Below are positions 8,810 to 18,224 of a stretch of 64,000 nt of DNA, piece after piece (the first letter of the stretch is position 1; the number at the start of each line of letters is the position of its first letter). This stretch comes from Chloroflexota bacterium (GTDB lineage Bacteria > Chloroflexota > UBA11872 > VXOZ01). The notes under the pieces were generated by a model, which saw nothing but the letters and a program-made list of their open reading frames with translations, was not told the origin of the DNA and did no database searches. The DNA is taken from contig OZ219802.1 in assembly GCA_964291655.2 (NCBI GenBank), forward strand, positions 1,504,001 to 1,568,000, written 5' to 3'. Position numbers and translations under genes: made by a program.

Positions 8810-10657
8810 ATGGATTATATGGGCTACGGTATCGAAAATGAATTCCTCCAAGGGGTGCTAGGTGGATCAGCGGAGGGGAATACACAACTTCCCGACTTTC
8901 AGCGAGGTTGGGTGTGGGACGACGAACACGTGCGGAGCCTCCTCTCAAGCATCACTCTAGGATATCCGATCGGTGCAGTCATGATGCTTGAGGTCGGGGG
9001 CGATAGTGTTCGCTTCAAGCAACGCCCGCTTGAGGGTGCACCTGAGCCGAAGCAGGAAGCCGAGCGGTTAATCCTTGACGGACAGCAGCGGATAACGTCG
9101 CTATTCCAGTCCCTCCGCCCTGACCAACCAGTTCGCACCCGCGACCAGCGCGGACGGCAAATCGACCGCTGGTACTACATCAAAATGGAACTGGCTCTGG
9201 ACCCAAGTTCCGATCGTGAGGACGCGGTGGTCTCGCTGCCAGCAGACCGGCAGATCAAACGTTTCGGGCGCGATGTCATAGAGGACTACTCGACTCCCAA
9301 TCTAGAGTATAAGGCAATGCTCTTTCCGCTGTCCCAGGCATTCGATTCGAGCGACTGGCGTGTGGGCTTCGAAAAGTACTGGGACTACAACAGAGAGAAG
9401 ATCAAACTGTGGAACGAATTTGAAAAGAAGATCGTCAAGCGCATTCAGCAGTACCAAGTGCCGGTAATTGAGCTTGGAAAGGACACTCCGAAAGAGGCTG
9501 TGTGCCAAGTCTTTGAGAAGGTGAACACAGGGGGCGTGACACTTACTGTTTTCGAGCTGCTTACCGCAACTTTTGCAGCTGACGACTTCCAATTGCGACC
9601 AGACTGGGAGGTACGGGAGCGTACGATACACTCCCAGTCGGTACTCACTGGCGTGTCCAATACGGACTTCCTTCAGGCTGTAGCGTTGCTCGCAACCCTT
9701 GAGCGGCGGCAGGTTGCCATGCGTGATGGCACGGACGCGGACCGTGCGCCGGGAGTAGGGTGTAAGCGCGCGGACATGTTGCGGCTGAGTCTCGAAGAGT
9801 ATCAGAGGTGGGCGGATCCACTGATGAGGGGCTTCGAGAGGGTGGCGCGATTTCTTCACGCGCAACGCCTTTTCGACGCCAAGTTCCTGCCCTACGGTAG
9901 CCAATTGATTCCGTTGGCCGCAATCCTCACAGAACTTGACAGCGATTGGGAGCCGCACCCTGCGAGGGAGAAGCTCGCGCGCTGGTACTGGTGCGGCGTC
10001 CTAGGAGAATTGTACGGTGGATCAGTCGAGACTCGATTTGCCCTCGACCTTCCGGAGGTTGTGAATTGGATTCGGGACAACGGGCCAGAGCCGAGGACGA
10101 TCTATGACGCTGAGTTCGCCCCGGCCCGACTGCTTACACTGCGCACCCGGAATAGCGCAGCATATAAGGGCGTGTACGCACTGCTGCTGCGCGAAGGTGC
10201 ATGCGACTGGATCACAGGAGAGGAATCGTCGATACAGTCCTACTTCGACGAGAGAATCGACATCCACCACATCTTCCCCCAAAAATGGTGCCGCGAGCAG
10301 GGGATAGAGGCAGCGCGCTGTGACTCGATTATCAACAAGACGCCACTCACGGCACGGACGAACCGTAGCATTGGCGGCCAAGCGCCCGGCGCATACCTGA
10401 ATCGCATCATGTCGGATGGCGTTTCGCGAGACGCGCTGAACATCTACCTCGACTCGCATCTCATCGACCCCGAGCACCTATGGCTTTCCGATTTTAGTCA
10501 ACTCTTTCGCGCAAGGGAATCGGCTCTTCTCAATGCAATCAGGAAGGCGATGGGGAAGCCCATCGCGTCCAGGACGGTAGATGAGCCCGACGACACGCCG
10601 GTCGATTACGAACTTGTGCAGGAAGATAGTTTGGAGTTGGAGGGCGTGCCTGGTTGA
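8810..10657 (+). CDS. GmrSD-like (DUF262 plus C-terminal HNH/DUF1524-like) putative modification-dependent restriction protein
   Basis: LPDFQRGWVW, LDGQQR, FEKVNTGG, DIHHIFP...NKTPL...N. Start at ATG 8810 after AAGGGAG. Confidence 0.85.
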   Translation: MDYMGYGIENEFLQGVLGGSAEGNTQLPDFQRGWVWDDEHVRSLLSSITLGYPIGAVMMLEVGGDSVRFKQRPLEGAPEPKQEAERLILDGQQRITSLFQSLRPDQPVRTRDQRGRQIDRWYYIKMELALDPSSDREDAVVSLPADRQIKRFGRDVIEDYSTPNLEYKAMLFPLSQAFDSSDWRVGFEKYWDYNREKIKLWNEFEKKIVKRIQQYQVPVIELGKDTPKEAVCQVFEKVNTGGVTLTVFELLTATFAADDFQLRPDWEVRERTIHSQSVLTGVSNTDFLQAVALLATLERRQVAMRDGTDADRAPGVGCKRADMLRLSLEEYQRWADPLMRGFERVARFLHAQRLFDAKFLPYGSQLIPLAAILTELDSDWEPHPAREKLARWYWCGVLGELYGGSVETRFALDLPEVVNWIRDNGPEPRTIYDAEFAPARLLTLRTRNSAAYKGVYALLLREGACDWITGEESSIQSYFDERIDIHHIFPQKWCREQGIEAARCDSIINKTPLTARTNRSIGGQAPGAYLNRIMSDGVSRDALNIYLDSHLIDPEHLWLSDFSQLFRARESALLNAIRKAMGKPIASRTVDEPDDTPVDYELVQEDSLELEGVPG

Positions 10658-10819
10658 CTGTTTGCCTTGGTCGTGATTTGTTCCTGAGGGGTAGCGATTC
10701 GCAACTGTTTTTTTGTTTAGCCATTTGCGTGGTCTGTTGTGAGGTCTGTGAAAGAACGGTTCCATCCGTAACATTCAAAGGCCAACCGGCGTCACGAAAG
10801 GGGTAATTTCGGTGCGGAG

Positions 10820-11000
10820 TCTCTGCTCCCGGAAGCGATTGGCAAGCGGGCGCCGCGGCCTCTTCTTGGCAGACGGTGAATACCGTTGGCCCGCTGCCGG
10901 AGACCTGGGCGTGTTGAGCGCTGGCTTGCATCAAGTCGTTTTTGTGCCACTGTGATCTACGGCCGCAGGCATGTCGCTGCTGTCACTGCTAGTCCTGCCA
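10820..11000 (-). pseudogene. Decayed duplicate of the ispE 3' region
   Basis: Encodes MQASAQHAQVSGSGPTVFTVCQE, versus MQAGAERAHVSGSGPTVFAVCED in the intact ispE. An in-frame stop lies upstream and the frame is disrupted. Confidence 0.75.
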
Positions 11001-11021
11001 GTAATCGGCGGCCGCTGTCGA

Positions 11022-12629
11022 TCACAACTTTATTGGGGTATTGGTGCCTGTTAATTGGCAGGGCGAGCCCGCACTTGGCCAATTTCCTTTGACGAAGTCG
11101 GCAGCCCGCTCTGCCATTGCAATCACCGTGTGGTTGAGGTTGGCCCGCACGGTATCGGGCATGATTGACGCGTCGCAGATGCGGAGGCCCACGACGCCGT
11201 GCACCCTGCCGTATTGGTCCGTCACGGCCAGTGGATCGGTGGCGGGCCCCATTTTGCAGGTGCTTGAGACGTGATGGGCCGTGACCACCTCGCGTTTCAT
11301 CCATGAATCCAGGGCAGCGTCATCGTCAAGGACATTGTCCGCGGGCGCGACCCGTTCAGCGACCATGTCTGCGAAGGCTGCATGTTGGAACAACCCGGCG
11401 CAGGTCCGGATGCTCTCGCGCAGCCGCGAGCGGTCGAACGGATCGTCCAGCAGGTTGAAGTCGAGGTACGGCTGCTGCCGCGGGTCATCGGATTGGAGGC
11501 GGAGTTCGCCCTGGCTCAGGGCCAAATAGAGGCACTGGCTCACGCCGATGCCTATCGGAATCAGATGGTCCGCGCCCCGCATGGGCCGTTCCGCCGCATA
11601 GTTGCCCATGTAGATCACCAGGTCATTCTTGAATGGCGAACCGGTGGCCGTATAGCGCAGCGTGACCATGCCCGTCGCCACCTGAGAGGTGAACAGGCGA
11701 AATCCTGCTCGCGTGCGCCAGGCCATGGGCACGTCCGGGTGGTCGCGAAGATTGCGGCCGACGCCTGGGAGGTCGTGCACAACGGGTATGCCAAACTGCC
11801 GCGACTGCGCCGCCGGTCCGATTCCCGATAGCGCCAGGATGTGGGGCGAGCCGATCGCCCCGGCGCAGAGGACGATCTCGTCGCCATAGACGTCAAACGT
11901 TTCATTCCCGCTGATAGCGCGCACGCCTACTGCGCGGTTGTCCTGAAAGATGATGCGGTGGACGAGGCAGCGGGGTCGAATAGTCAGCTCCGGACGGGCG
12001 CGGGCAGGATTGAGGTAGGCGAAGGCCGTGCTCACACGCGTGCGGCCCGCAATGTTGAACGCCAGCGGTCCTACGCCTGTGGCATGGGGCAAATTGTGGT
12101 CGGGACAGTCGGGAATTCCGGCGTCACGGCAGGCCTCATAGAACGCGTGCTGTTGGGGTCCCCATACGCCGGGCTGAAACCGGTGGCAGTACATGGGACC
12201 GTCCGCGCCGTGAAGCTCGCTTTGAAAGTCCGCGTCCGCTTCCAGTTTCTTTAGATAGGGTAAGACTTTCGCGTACTCCCACTCCGGATTGCCCCACGAC
12301 GCCCACCGCTCGAAGTCTTCCGGCATTGCCCGCAAGAACTGCGCGTCGTTGACAGCGCTGGAACCGCCGGTGACCTTGCCGCGCGGTATATCAATCTCGG
12401 CTTCATCCGTCGCCCGGGCGCGAAACTTCCATATGTGTTCGGTCTCCCAGAGGCTTGTGTCAACGCCGTAGACGTACTCTAGCGGGTGCGGCAACCGCGC
12501 CTCCGAGGGAAAGTCCGCCCCGGCCTCGAGCAGCAGCACCGAGCGGTGGGGGTCTTCGGTCAGGCGGGCCGCCAAGACCGCGCCAGCCGAACCCGCGCCA
12601 ACGATAATGTGATCGTATCTCTTGCTCAT
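11022..12629 (-). CDS. GMC family oxidoreductase (choline dehydrogenase/MftG-like)
   Basis: IIVGAGSAG, RGKVTGGSSAVN, GAIGSP.IL.LSGIG, HHVSSTCKMG and DASIMP. Confidence 0.92.
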   Translation of the reverse strand: MSKRYDHIIVGAGSAGAVLAARLTEDPHRSVLLLEAGADFPSEARLPHPLEYVYGVDTSLWETEHIWKFRARATDEAEIDIPRGKVTGGSSAVNDAQFLRAMPEDFERWASWGNPEWEYAKVLPYLKKLEADADFQSELHGADGPMYCHRFQPGVWGPQQHAFYEACRDAGIPDCPDHNLPHATGVGPLAFNIAGRTRVSTAFAYLNPARARPELTIRPRCLVHRIIFQDNRAVGVRAISGNETFDVYGDEIVLCAGAIGSPHILALSGIGPAAQSRQFGIPVVHDLPGVGRNLRDHPDVPMAWRTRAGFRLFTSQVATGMVTLRYTATGSPFKNDLVIYMGNYAAERPMRGADHLIPIGIGVSQCLYLALSQGELRLQSDDPRQQPYLDFNLLDDPFDRSRLRESIRTCAGLFQHAAFADMVAERVAPADNVLDDDAALDSWMKREVVTAHHVSSTCKMGPATDPLAVTDQYGRVHGVVGLRICDASIMPDTVRANLNHTVIAMAERAADFVKGNWPSAGSPCQLTGTNTPIKL

Positions 12630-12927
12630 GCTATTCAGTCGGTCGTGCGCGCGCGTTTCCGTGCGGCCGGCTTGCCTTCCCGCGCGGTGTAGATCTCTTC
12701 CACCGCATTGGAGGGCCGATATGCAAAGAATCCTTTGTGTAATGTTAGCGGTTCCGTGAGAGTTTCTTCTCCCTTGACAGAGTCCCTTGCGTAACTCTAG
12801 CGGAAGCGAGTATGTTCCCTCTCCCGCGATGGAGACCTCTGAATTGCTCCGTCATACCGGCGAAAACTGGAATCCAGAAGTCTGAGGGTAGCTTGCGATT
12901 ACTAGCTATGGAGCCAAAGTGTACTCC

Positions 12928-14700
12928 TCACCACTTGGACATCCTCATGAAGGGGATAGGGTTTTGCAAGGGTCTCCGCGACGGGAGAGGGTTAGAGCCT
13001 GCCCGTAGGTGATATGGGGTGAGGGTGAATCTCCTGAAGTCTCTCCATATGCACACCGACACTGCCCTAATACGTCTTGACACTGCCCAGCGTATAGTGC
13101 CATTGTAGCAAGTAGACCCCCTCACCCCAACCCTCTCCCCCAGAGGCTGTCTCAATATTTTGGTGCGGGGCACGGTGAATGGGGTGAGAAGGACAGACAG
13201 ATGGCGGGTGGTATGAACAAGACGGTGCCAGTGAGAGACTCGTCCCCGGGGCGACGCTGGACTACACCCAGACCGCCACAGGGCGTGGAGGCTCTTGAGA
13301 TTGAACGCGGTGGCCAGCAGGTGCCATTCGGACGTCACGTGGCTGCGGCCTCTGAGCAGGAAGCGCCTGGCACTGTGCCACTCCTTGAGCAGGCCAAAGA
13401 CCGGCTCGACGATGGTACTCCGGCGGCGGTACACCTGCTTGGCAGGCGCGGTGGCCATCAACTGCCTGTGCCGTTGCAGTATTGGCTCGTAGGCGCTGAT
13501 CTTTATGGAGCGGCCCCTCTGGGAGGAGGTGCAGACGCCGAAGGCCGGACAGGTTCTGCAGTCCCGGCCGTTGGCTTGGTACCGCTTGACCCGGTAGCCG
13601 TTGCTGTGGGTCAAGCGGTGCGTGTAGGTGAGCACCTTTTGCTGGGGACACAGGTAGGTGTCGGTCTCTGGACGGTAGGTGAAGTGGTCTTTATGGTAGG
13701 GGTTGCGGCGTCTGCGCTCGTGGGTCGTGGGCATCAATACCGTGTGGCCGCCGGCGTGGCACGTGGCGAGGTTGGCCCCCGAATGGTAGCCGGCGTCCGC
13801 AACGGTCACCACGTCCCGCGCGGCGTCGATGTTCTCCTGCGCCGCCTCGATCAGCGGCGCCAGGTGGGGATGGTCGTCGGCACTGGCGCTCACGTCCACG
13901 GCTGTGATCAACCTCCCCCCTGCGCCCTCGTCCGGGGACGCAAGAGGGGAGACCAGCGCCTGGGCGTTGTAGCCGGTGATGAAGCCACCCATGCCAGTCT
14001 TGAGCAGGGCCGCGTCCGCATCAGTCAGGTTCGTGTAGCGCGGCCCGTCCTCAGCCGCGACGCGGGCGAGCGCGTCGTCCACCCGCCGCCGCAGGGCCTG
14101 GGCATCGGCAAGTTCCTGCGGCAAAGTCGCTGGCGGCGCGTCGCCCCCCGTGGCGTTCTGCGCCTCCAGGTCCGCGATCGCTTGCTCGGTGCGGGACAAC
14201 AGCCGCTGCAGCCCCTGCGCGTCGTGGGTATGCCGCGTCCCGGCGTTGGCCGCGATCCTGGTGCCGTCCACCGCCTGGATTGCCAACTCCACCAGGCCGG
14301 CTCGCACCGCCGTGCGCACCGTGCGCTTGAGCAGCGTCCGCATCCGGTCGCGGTGCGCCTTGTAGAAGCGCCACAGCGTGTTGTGGTCCGGCTGCTGCAT
14401 CCCCACCAGCCACAGGTACGGTACCTGATCCCGGCAGGCTGCCTCCAGCTTGCGGCTCGAGCGCACGCCGGTCATGAAGCCGTAGACCCATACGCCCAGC
14501 AGCGCGCGCGGATGGTAGGCCCCGGCGCCACGCGGATCGCCTTGCAGGTCAATCTCCATCGCCTCCCAGGCCGCAGCATCGAGGCTGTCCACGAACGCTG
14601 CCGCAAACCTGACAGGATGGTCGTCCGGGATCAGTTCGTCCAGCGTCGGCGGCAACAGCCAGGCCTGTTCACGACTAAACGGTCTCAACGGCATCGTCAC
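12928..14700 (-). CDS. IS1182-family DDE transposase (reads through the IS end)
   Basis: LLPPTLDELIPDDHPVR, YHPRALL, SSRKLE, PDHNTLWRF, VDGTRI.ANA, GYNAQ, ADAGY and RR..IVEPVFG. Confidence 0.92.
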   Translation of the reverse strand: MTMPLRPFSREQAWLLPPTLDELIPDDHPVRFAAAFVDSLDAAAWEAMEIDLQGDPRGAGAYHPRALLGVWVYGFMTGVRSSRKLEAACRDQVPYLWLVGMQQPDHNTLWRFYKAHRDRMRTLLKRTVRTAVRAGLVELAIQAVDGTRIAANAGTRHTHDAQGLQRLLSRTEQAIADLEAQNATGGDAPPATLPQELADAQALRRRVDDALARVAAEDGPRYTNLTDADAALLKTGMGGFITGYNAQALVSPLASPDEGAGGRLITAVDVSASADDHPHLAPLIEAAQENIDAARDVVTVADAGYHSGANLATCHAGGHTVLMPTTHERRRRNPYHKDHFTYRPETDTYLCPQQKVLTYTHRLTHSNGYRVKRYQANGRDCRTCPAFGVCTSSQRGRSIKISAYEPILQRHRQLMATAPAKQVYRRRSTIVEPVFGLLKEWHSARRFLLRGRSHVTSEWHLLATAFNLKSLHALWRSGCSPASPRGRVSHWHRLVHTTRHLSVLLTPFTVPRTKILRQPLGERVGVRGSTCYNGTIRWAVSRRIRAVSVCIWRDFRRFTLTPYHLRAGSNPLPSRRPLQNPIPFMRMSKW

Positions 14701-14786
14701 TACCTCTCTACAAACTATCCCACCACCTCACCTTGCTTCTCTTCACACCAGTATATATCCAGTAGATCTATTTTTGAGACACCCTC
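13143..14786 (-). mobile_element. IS1182-family insertion sequence
   Basis: TIRs GAGGCTGTCTCAA / TTGAGACACCCTC. Inserted in the loop of CCCTCTCCC...GGGAGAGGG; flanks CCCA/CCCG (imperfect TSD). Confidence 0.85.
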
Positions 14787-14839
14787 CCCGGGAGAGGGAG
14801 TGCCCCTGCTTGAAAGCGGTATGCAATGGTCTCCATCGG

Positions 14840-15052
14840 CAAGGGCTCCCAAACCATGAACGACATCGTCCAGCGCCCCGTACGGTGGTCCGCTCGCGCA
14901 GGCCTAGTCGGTAAGCCGGCGGCATGGTGGCCGTCGAACCTCACCGACCTGGCCGCCAGCCTATTGAGAGCGGGTGTGCGAATTGCAGGACTGTCGTAGG
15001 ATCGTGGGTGGTCCCTGCGGAAGCTGTCTGCAACCACACAGATGACATTCAA
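14840..15052 (-). pseudogene. Truncated N-terminal fragment of a sulfatase
   Basis: NVICVVADSFRRDH...RTPALNRLA...PTRPARADHRTGR is the sulfatase N-terminus with a degenerate xxPxR motif. It stops at the repeat cluster. Confidence 0.7.
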
Positions 15053-15135
15053 ATTGACTGCTCCCTGATGCTCCCGACAAATGTACCATAGGCCGCGAGG
15101 AGCAGGCAGAGTCTGTGCGCCGTTGGCTCCTAGCC

Positions 15136-16029
15136 TTACATGCCGGCGTGGCCCCAGGTCCTCCCGGACTGAACAATGCGGACGAGCTCGGCGGCGTACC
15201 CCTGCATTCGGATGCGGTTGGCAAGCGCGAGTGCGGCGTGCCTGTCTTCGCACACGGCAAAGACCGTAGGGCCGCTGCCGGAGACGTGAGCACGCTCGGC
15301 GCCGGCTTGCATCAGGGCAATCTGCGCTGCTGCAATTTCCGGCGCCAGGTCGCGAGCGGAGCGGGCTAAGCCGTTGTGCCAGCGAATCTGTGGTGAGAGC
15401 GTGCCGAGCCGGGCGGCGGCAACGGCGTCTGCGGTGGCGACGCCTGAGGTGTAGTCCGACGGGGTTACGGAGCCATAGACCTCCGCTGTGCTAAGCGTGG
15501 TTGGCAGCAGCACGAGCACCACCCAGTGCGGTGGCAGTGGCGGCAGTGGCGTGATGCGTTCACCGCGACCGGTGGCAAGCGCCGTGCCGCCTGTGAGAAA
15601 GAACGGCACGTCCGATCCCAATCCGGCAGCCAGTGCCTGCATCTCCGTTAGGGGTAGTTGAAGATTCCACAGCCGGTTGAGGGCAATGATAGCTCCCGCC
15701 GCATCGCTGCTGCCGCCGCCCAGGCCGGCCGCGACCGGTATGCGTTTCTCCAGACTGAGCGCGGCGCCCGCCCGCACGGAGAATTCTGTCTGTAGCCGCC
15801 GCGCGGCGCGATACATGAGATTATCCGGCTTTGCCAGCACGGGGTCTGAACATGTGAAGGATAGTTCGTCTGCCGCCGCGACCTCCAGCCGGTCGGCCAG
15901 CCCGACGGTCTGCATCACCGAGCGAACCTCATGGAAGCCGTCGGCGCGTTTCCCCAATATCTCCAGGGTCAGATTGATCTTGGCGTAGCAATTAACAACC
16001 ACGGTGATCCCGATCTCTCGTGCAGGCAC
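15136..16029 (-). CDS. ispE: 4-(cytidine 5'-diphospho)-2-C-methyl-D-erythritol kinase
   Basis: AKINLTLEILGKRADGFHE, KRIPVAAGLGGGSSDAA, LGSDVPFF and VSGSGPTVF. Confidence 0.95.
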   Translation of the reverse strand: MPAREIGITVVVNCYAKINLTLEILGKRADGFHEVRSVMQTVGLADRLEVAAADELSFTCSDPVLAKPDNLMYRAARRLQTEFSVRAGAALSLEKRIPVAAGLGGGSSDAAGAIIALNRLWNLQLPLTEMQALAAGLGSDVPFFLTGGTALATGRGERITPLPPLPPHWVVLVLLPTTLSTAEVYGSVTPSDYTSGVATADAVAAARLGTLSPQIRWHNGLARSARDLAPEIAAAQIALMQAGAERAHVSGSGPTVFAVCEDRHAALALANRIRMQGYAAELVRIVQSGRTWGHAGM

Positions 16030-16199
16030 GACACCATCTTAATGCACAACAGGGATGGCCGGTACCTTGCCATCCCTGCGTTCAATTCAATTCGGCTCTA
16101 GCGTGTTTCAGATGTGCGGTCTGCACGAGCATGCGGACTCTCAGAGCTTGCCTGTCTTGAGTTTGACGAAGAGTGGAAGGGCAGGTCATGTTGTTCGAG

Positions 16200-16601
16200 G
16201 AGACCTTTGCGCAACCCCCGCCGGATGCGCAAGAACCACTCCCTCTCCCTGGGGAGTGTATAGACCGGGTACATGGGTTACACATGTTCGGGCACATAGG
16301 TTACACCATAGAACGAGGGGATTTTCGTAGTATGCGATGTCCTTGCCTTGAAAGTTAGATCCGCTCAATATCCTTATGCACACAGTTTGTTTCTCTGGCA
16401 CAAGCTGACAGGCTGAAAGTGAGTGCACTGTGTCGCCAGTCTCTTATCAAACCCGGACCAACCCAATGCTCTCGTAGGTGTCAATCAGTAAAATGTGTAA
16501 CCCATGTCCCCGAACAACTGTTACCTATGTCCCCGGTCTGTACACTCCCCAAGGAGAGGGGGCAGTTCTTGCGCCACCGGCCGGGGTTACGCAAGGGTCT
16601 C
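16200..16601. mobile_element. Short palindromic GAGACC...GGTCTC element hosting MITE copy 5
   Basis: GAGACCTTTGCGCAACCCC / GGGGTTACGCAAGGGTCTC with an extended imperfect inverted repeat. Confidence 0.7.
16257..16544 (-). mobile_element. 288-bp MITE, copy 5 (subtype A), flanks inverted rather than direct
   Basis: Same sequence as copy 3. Flanks are GGGAG and CTCCC. Confidence 0.92.
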
Positions 16602-16646
16602 CTGAGGGAGAGGAAACAAACTCGGATCCGAGTTATCTATCAAGTC

Positions 16647-16767
16647 CATCTGGATGCGGTACTAGGGCTGTCTGCGCGCGAGGCAAACCCGTGCGATTCC
16701 GGCGGCAGACGCGGCAACAGCTCGGCGGTGGGCCGAGCCGCTAGTCCGCAGTACTCGCCAGCAGATG
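16647..16767 (+). ncRNA. Putative variant or decayed cobalamin riboswitch-like structured RNA
   Basis: Closing helix CATCTG/CAGATG, CCGTGCGATTCCGG, GCAGACGCGGCAACAGC, perfect GCTCGGC/GCCGAGC stem and 3' AGTCCGCAGTACTCGCC. The order resembles the B12 element, with deviations. Confidence 0.45.
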
Positions 16768-16824
16768 CCTCGCACGACTATAGCAGACAGAGCAGCGCCT
16801 ATTCGCTATTGCATGACCGCTCGC

Positions 16825-17793
16825 CTACGCCCGATATGGCTTGCCGGTGCGGCGCAGCTCTTTCGTCACCGCGATCTGGCAGGTCACGTACGCGCTCTCG
16901 GTAGGCCGGCCGCGGTGATTCATATCGCCGGCGGAATAGCCGGGACGGGCGTCGCCGATGGTGCCGACGATGAGGTTCGCGTGTTCGGTGGTCGTATCGT
17001 AGCGGTCGGCGATGAGGCCCACCATGTCCGCCCACGCCGCGCGCACGGCATCCGTCCAGGTGCGGCCCTGACCGGCGGTGAGGTATTCCTCCGCGCTCTC
17101 CACGATGTTGGTCGTCTCAACCACGGGGCTGGACGTCGAGAATCCCGGCGAGCGGTCGACTCGTATCGTCACTGCCGTGTCGATCTCGACACCGGTGCCG
17201 GTGAGTTCGCCGTCGGACATGCGCGCGTGGGCGTCGGCGAGGGTCAGCAGGCCGCCGGCTTTCTGCGCGCGAATGTGCACGGTGCTGCCGGGCCGCGTTG
17301 AGTTGAAGTCCATGTTGCCGCCGTGGTCGATCTCATACGGGTCCACAGACTCCAACATGACCACGCCCACCATGGGGCGCACCGGCACCACGAAGTCCGG
17401 TGGGAAATGCACCAGACCGTCACGCACAGGGGCAATAAGGCGCACACTGCCCCAATTTGGGCCGCCGTTGCGGTAGAAGCCGTAGGGGCCGCACTCCATA
17501 TCCAGGATTTCGATAGATACCCAGTCACCGGGTTCGATGCCTTCGATATAGAAAGGCCCGCCCGGCCGCGAGTAGCGCGGTGTCCCGACTTCCATGACGG
17601 CGCCGGGCTTGAGTTCGCCCTTGATCTTCAGGTCCTGGTCGTGGCCACCGACCGTTTCGATGACCACCGTCTCACCCAATCGCAGGGTGCCTCTAAGCTC
17701 ATCACGCTCAGGATCGTGGGGTCCGTTGTAGTAGGGTGTACGGGTGAAGCGCCGCATGAGAATCCTCCCGCTTGCGGTATTGCTCGGACGCAT
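16825..17793 (-). CDS. Acetamidase/formamidase family protein
   Basis: GPFYIEGIEPGD, PVRPMVG, HGGNMD and DAHARMSDGELTGTGVE. Confidence 0.85.
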   Translation of the reverse strand: MRPSNTASGRILMRRFTRTPYYNGPHDPERDELRGTLRLGETVVIETVGGHDQDLKIKGELKPGAVMEVGTPRYSRPGGPFYIEGIEPGDWVSIEILDMECGPYGFYRNGGPNWGSVRLIAPVRDGLVHFPPDFVVPVRPMVGVVMLESVDPYEIDHGGNMDFNSTRPGSTVHIRAQKAGGLLTLADAHARMSDGELTGTGVEIDTAVTIRVDRSPGFSTSSPVVETTNIVESAEEYLTAGQGRTWTDAVRAAWADMVGLIADRYDTTTEHANLIVGTIGDARPGYSAGDMNHRGRPTESAYVTCQIAVTKELRRTGKPYRA

Positions 17794-17966
17794 TGTGACG
17801 TGTTCCGGTGAGAAAGGCTGGCCGGACTTTCTGTTCCTTACTTAGATTCTATGCCGAAATGCAGTCTAGGACTAGCCCTCTCGCGTTAATTCATAAGTGT
17901 AGTTAAGCTTTCTCCTGAGGTACACAACCGGCAGGCCCGGTATGCAGTTGCATAGCGCTAGTTCAC

Positions 17967-17996
17967 TTGACATAGGCGGAAAATCCGCCCTATACT
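17967..17996 (+). promoter_or_regulatory. Sigma70-type promoter upstream of tRNA-Val
   Basis: TTGACA-N18-TATACT; the spacer contains the dyad GGCGGA-AAA-TCCGCC. Confidence 0.65.
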
Positions 17997-18081
17997 TACG
18001 GCAATCTGTCAGTGTTGCCAGTGGAGATAGACTAGTGGTTATATACCAAATGAAGCCCAAGCGGCTTCATTAGCGTTTCTT

Positions 18082-18158
<77 letters not shown>

Positions 18159-18224
18159 AGAGATTTCATTCGAATTCTCTGCCTGCTACTTCAGCCGCCC
18201 AGCGTGGGACTTGACGCGAACACA

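Larger units (their letters stand above)
12780..14833. mobile_element. GAGACC-family element hosting a smaller GAGACC-ended element (12832-12976) and the IS1182
   Basis: Left end GAGTCCCTTGCGTAACTCTAGCGG resembles that at 3488. Right end GGTATGCAATGGTCTC. Same internal spacer as at 3870-3970 and 7165-7255. Confidence 0.65.

Noticed and set aside
13201-14859. 552-aa plus-strand ORF
   Set aside because: It is an antisense shadow of the IS1182 transposase in GC-rich DNA.
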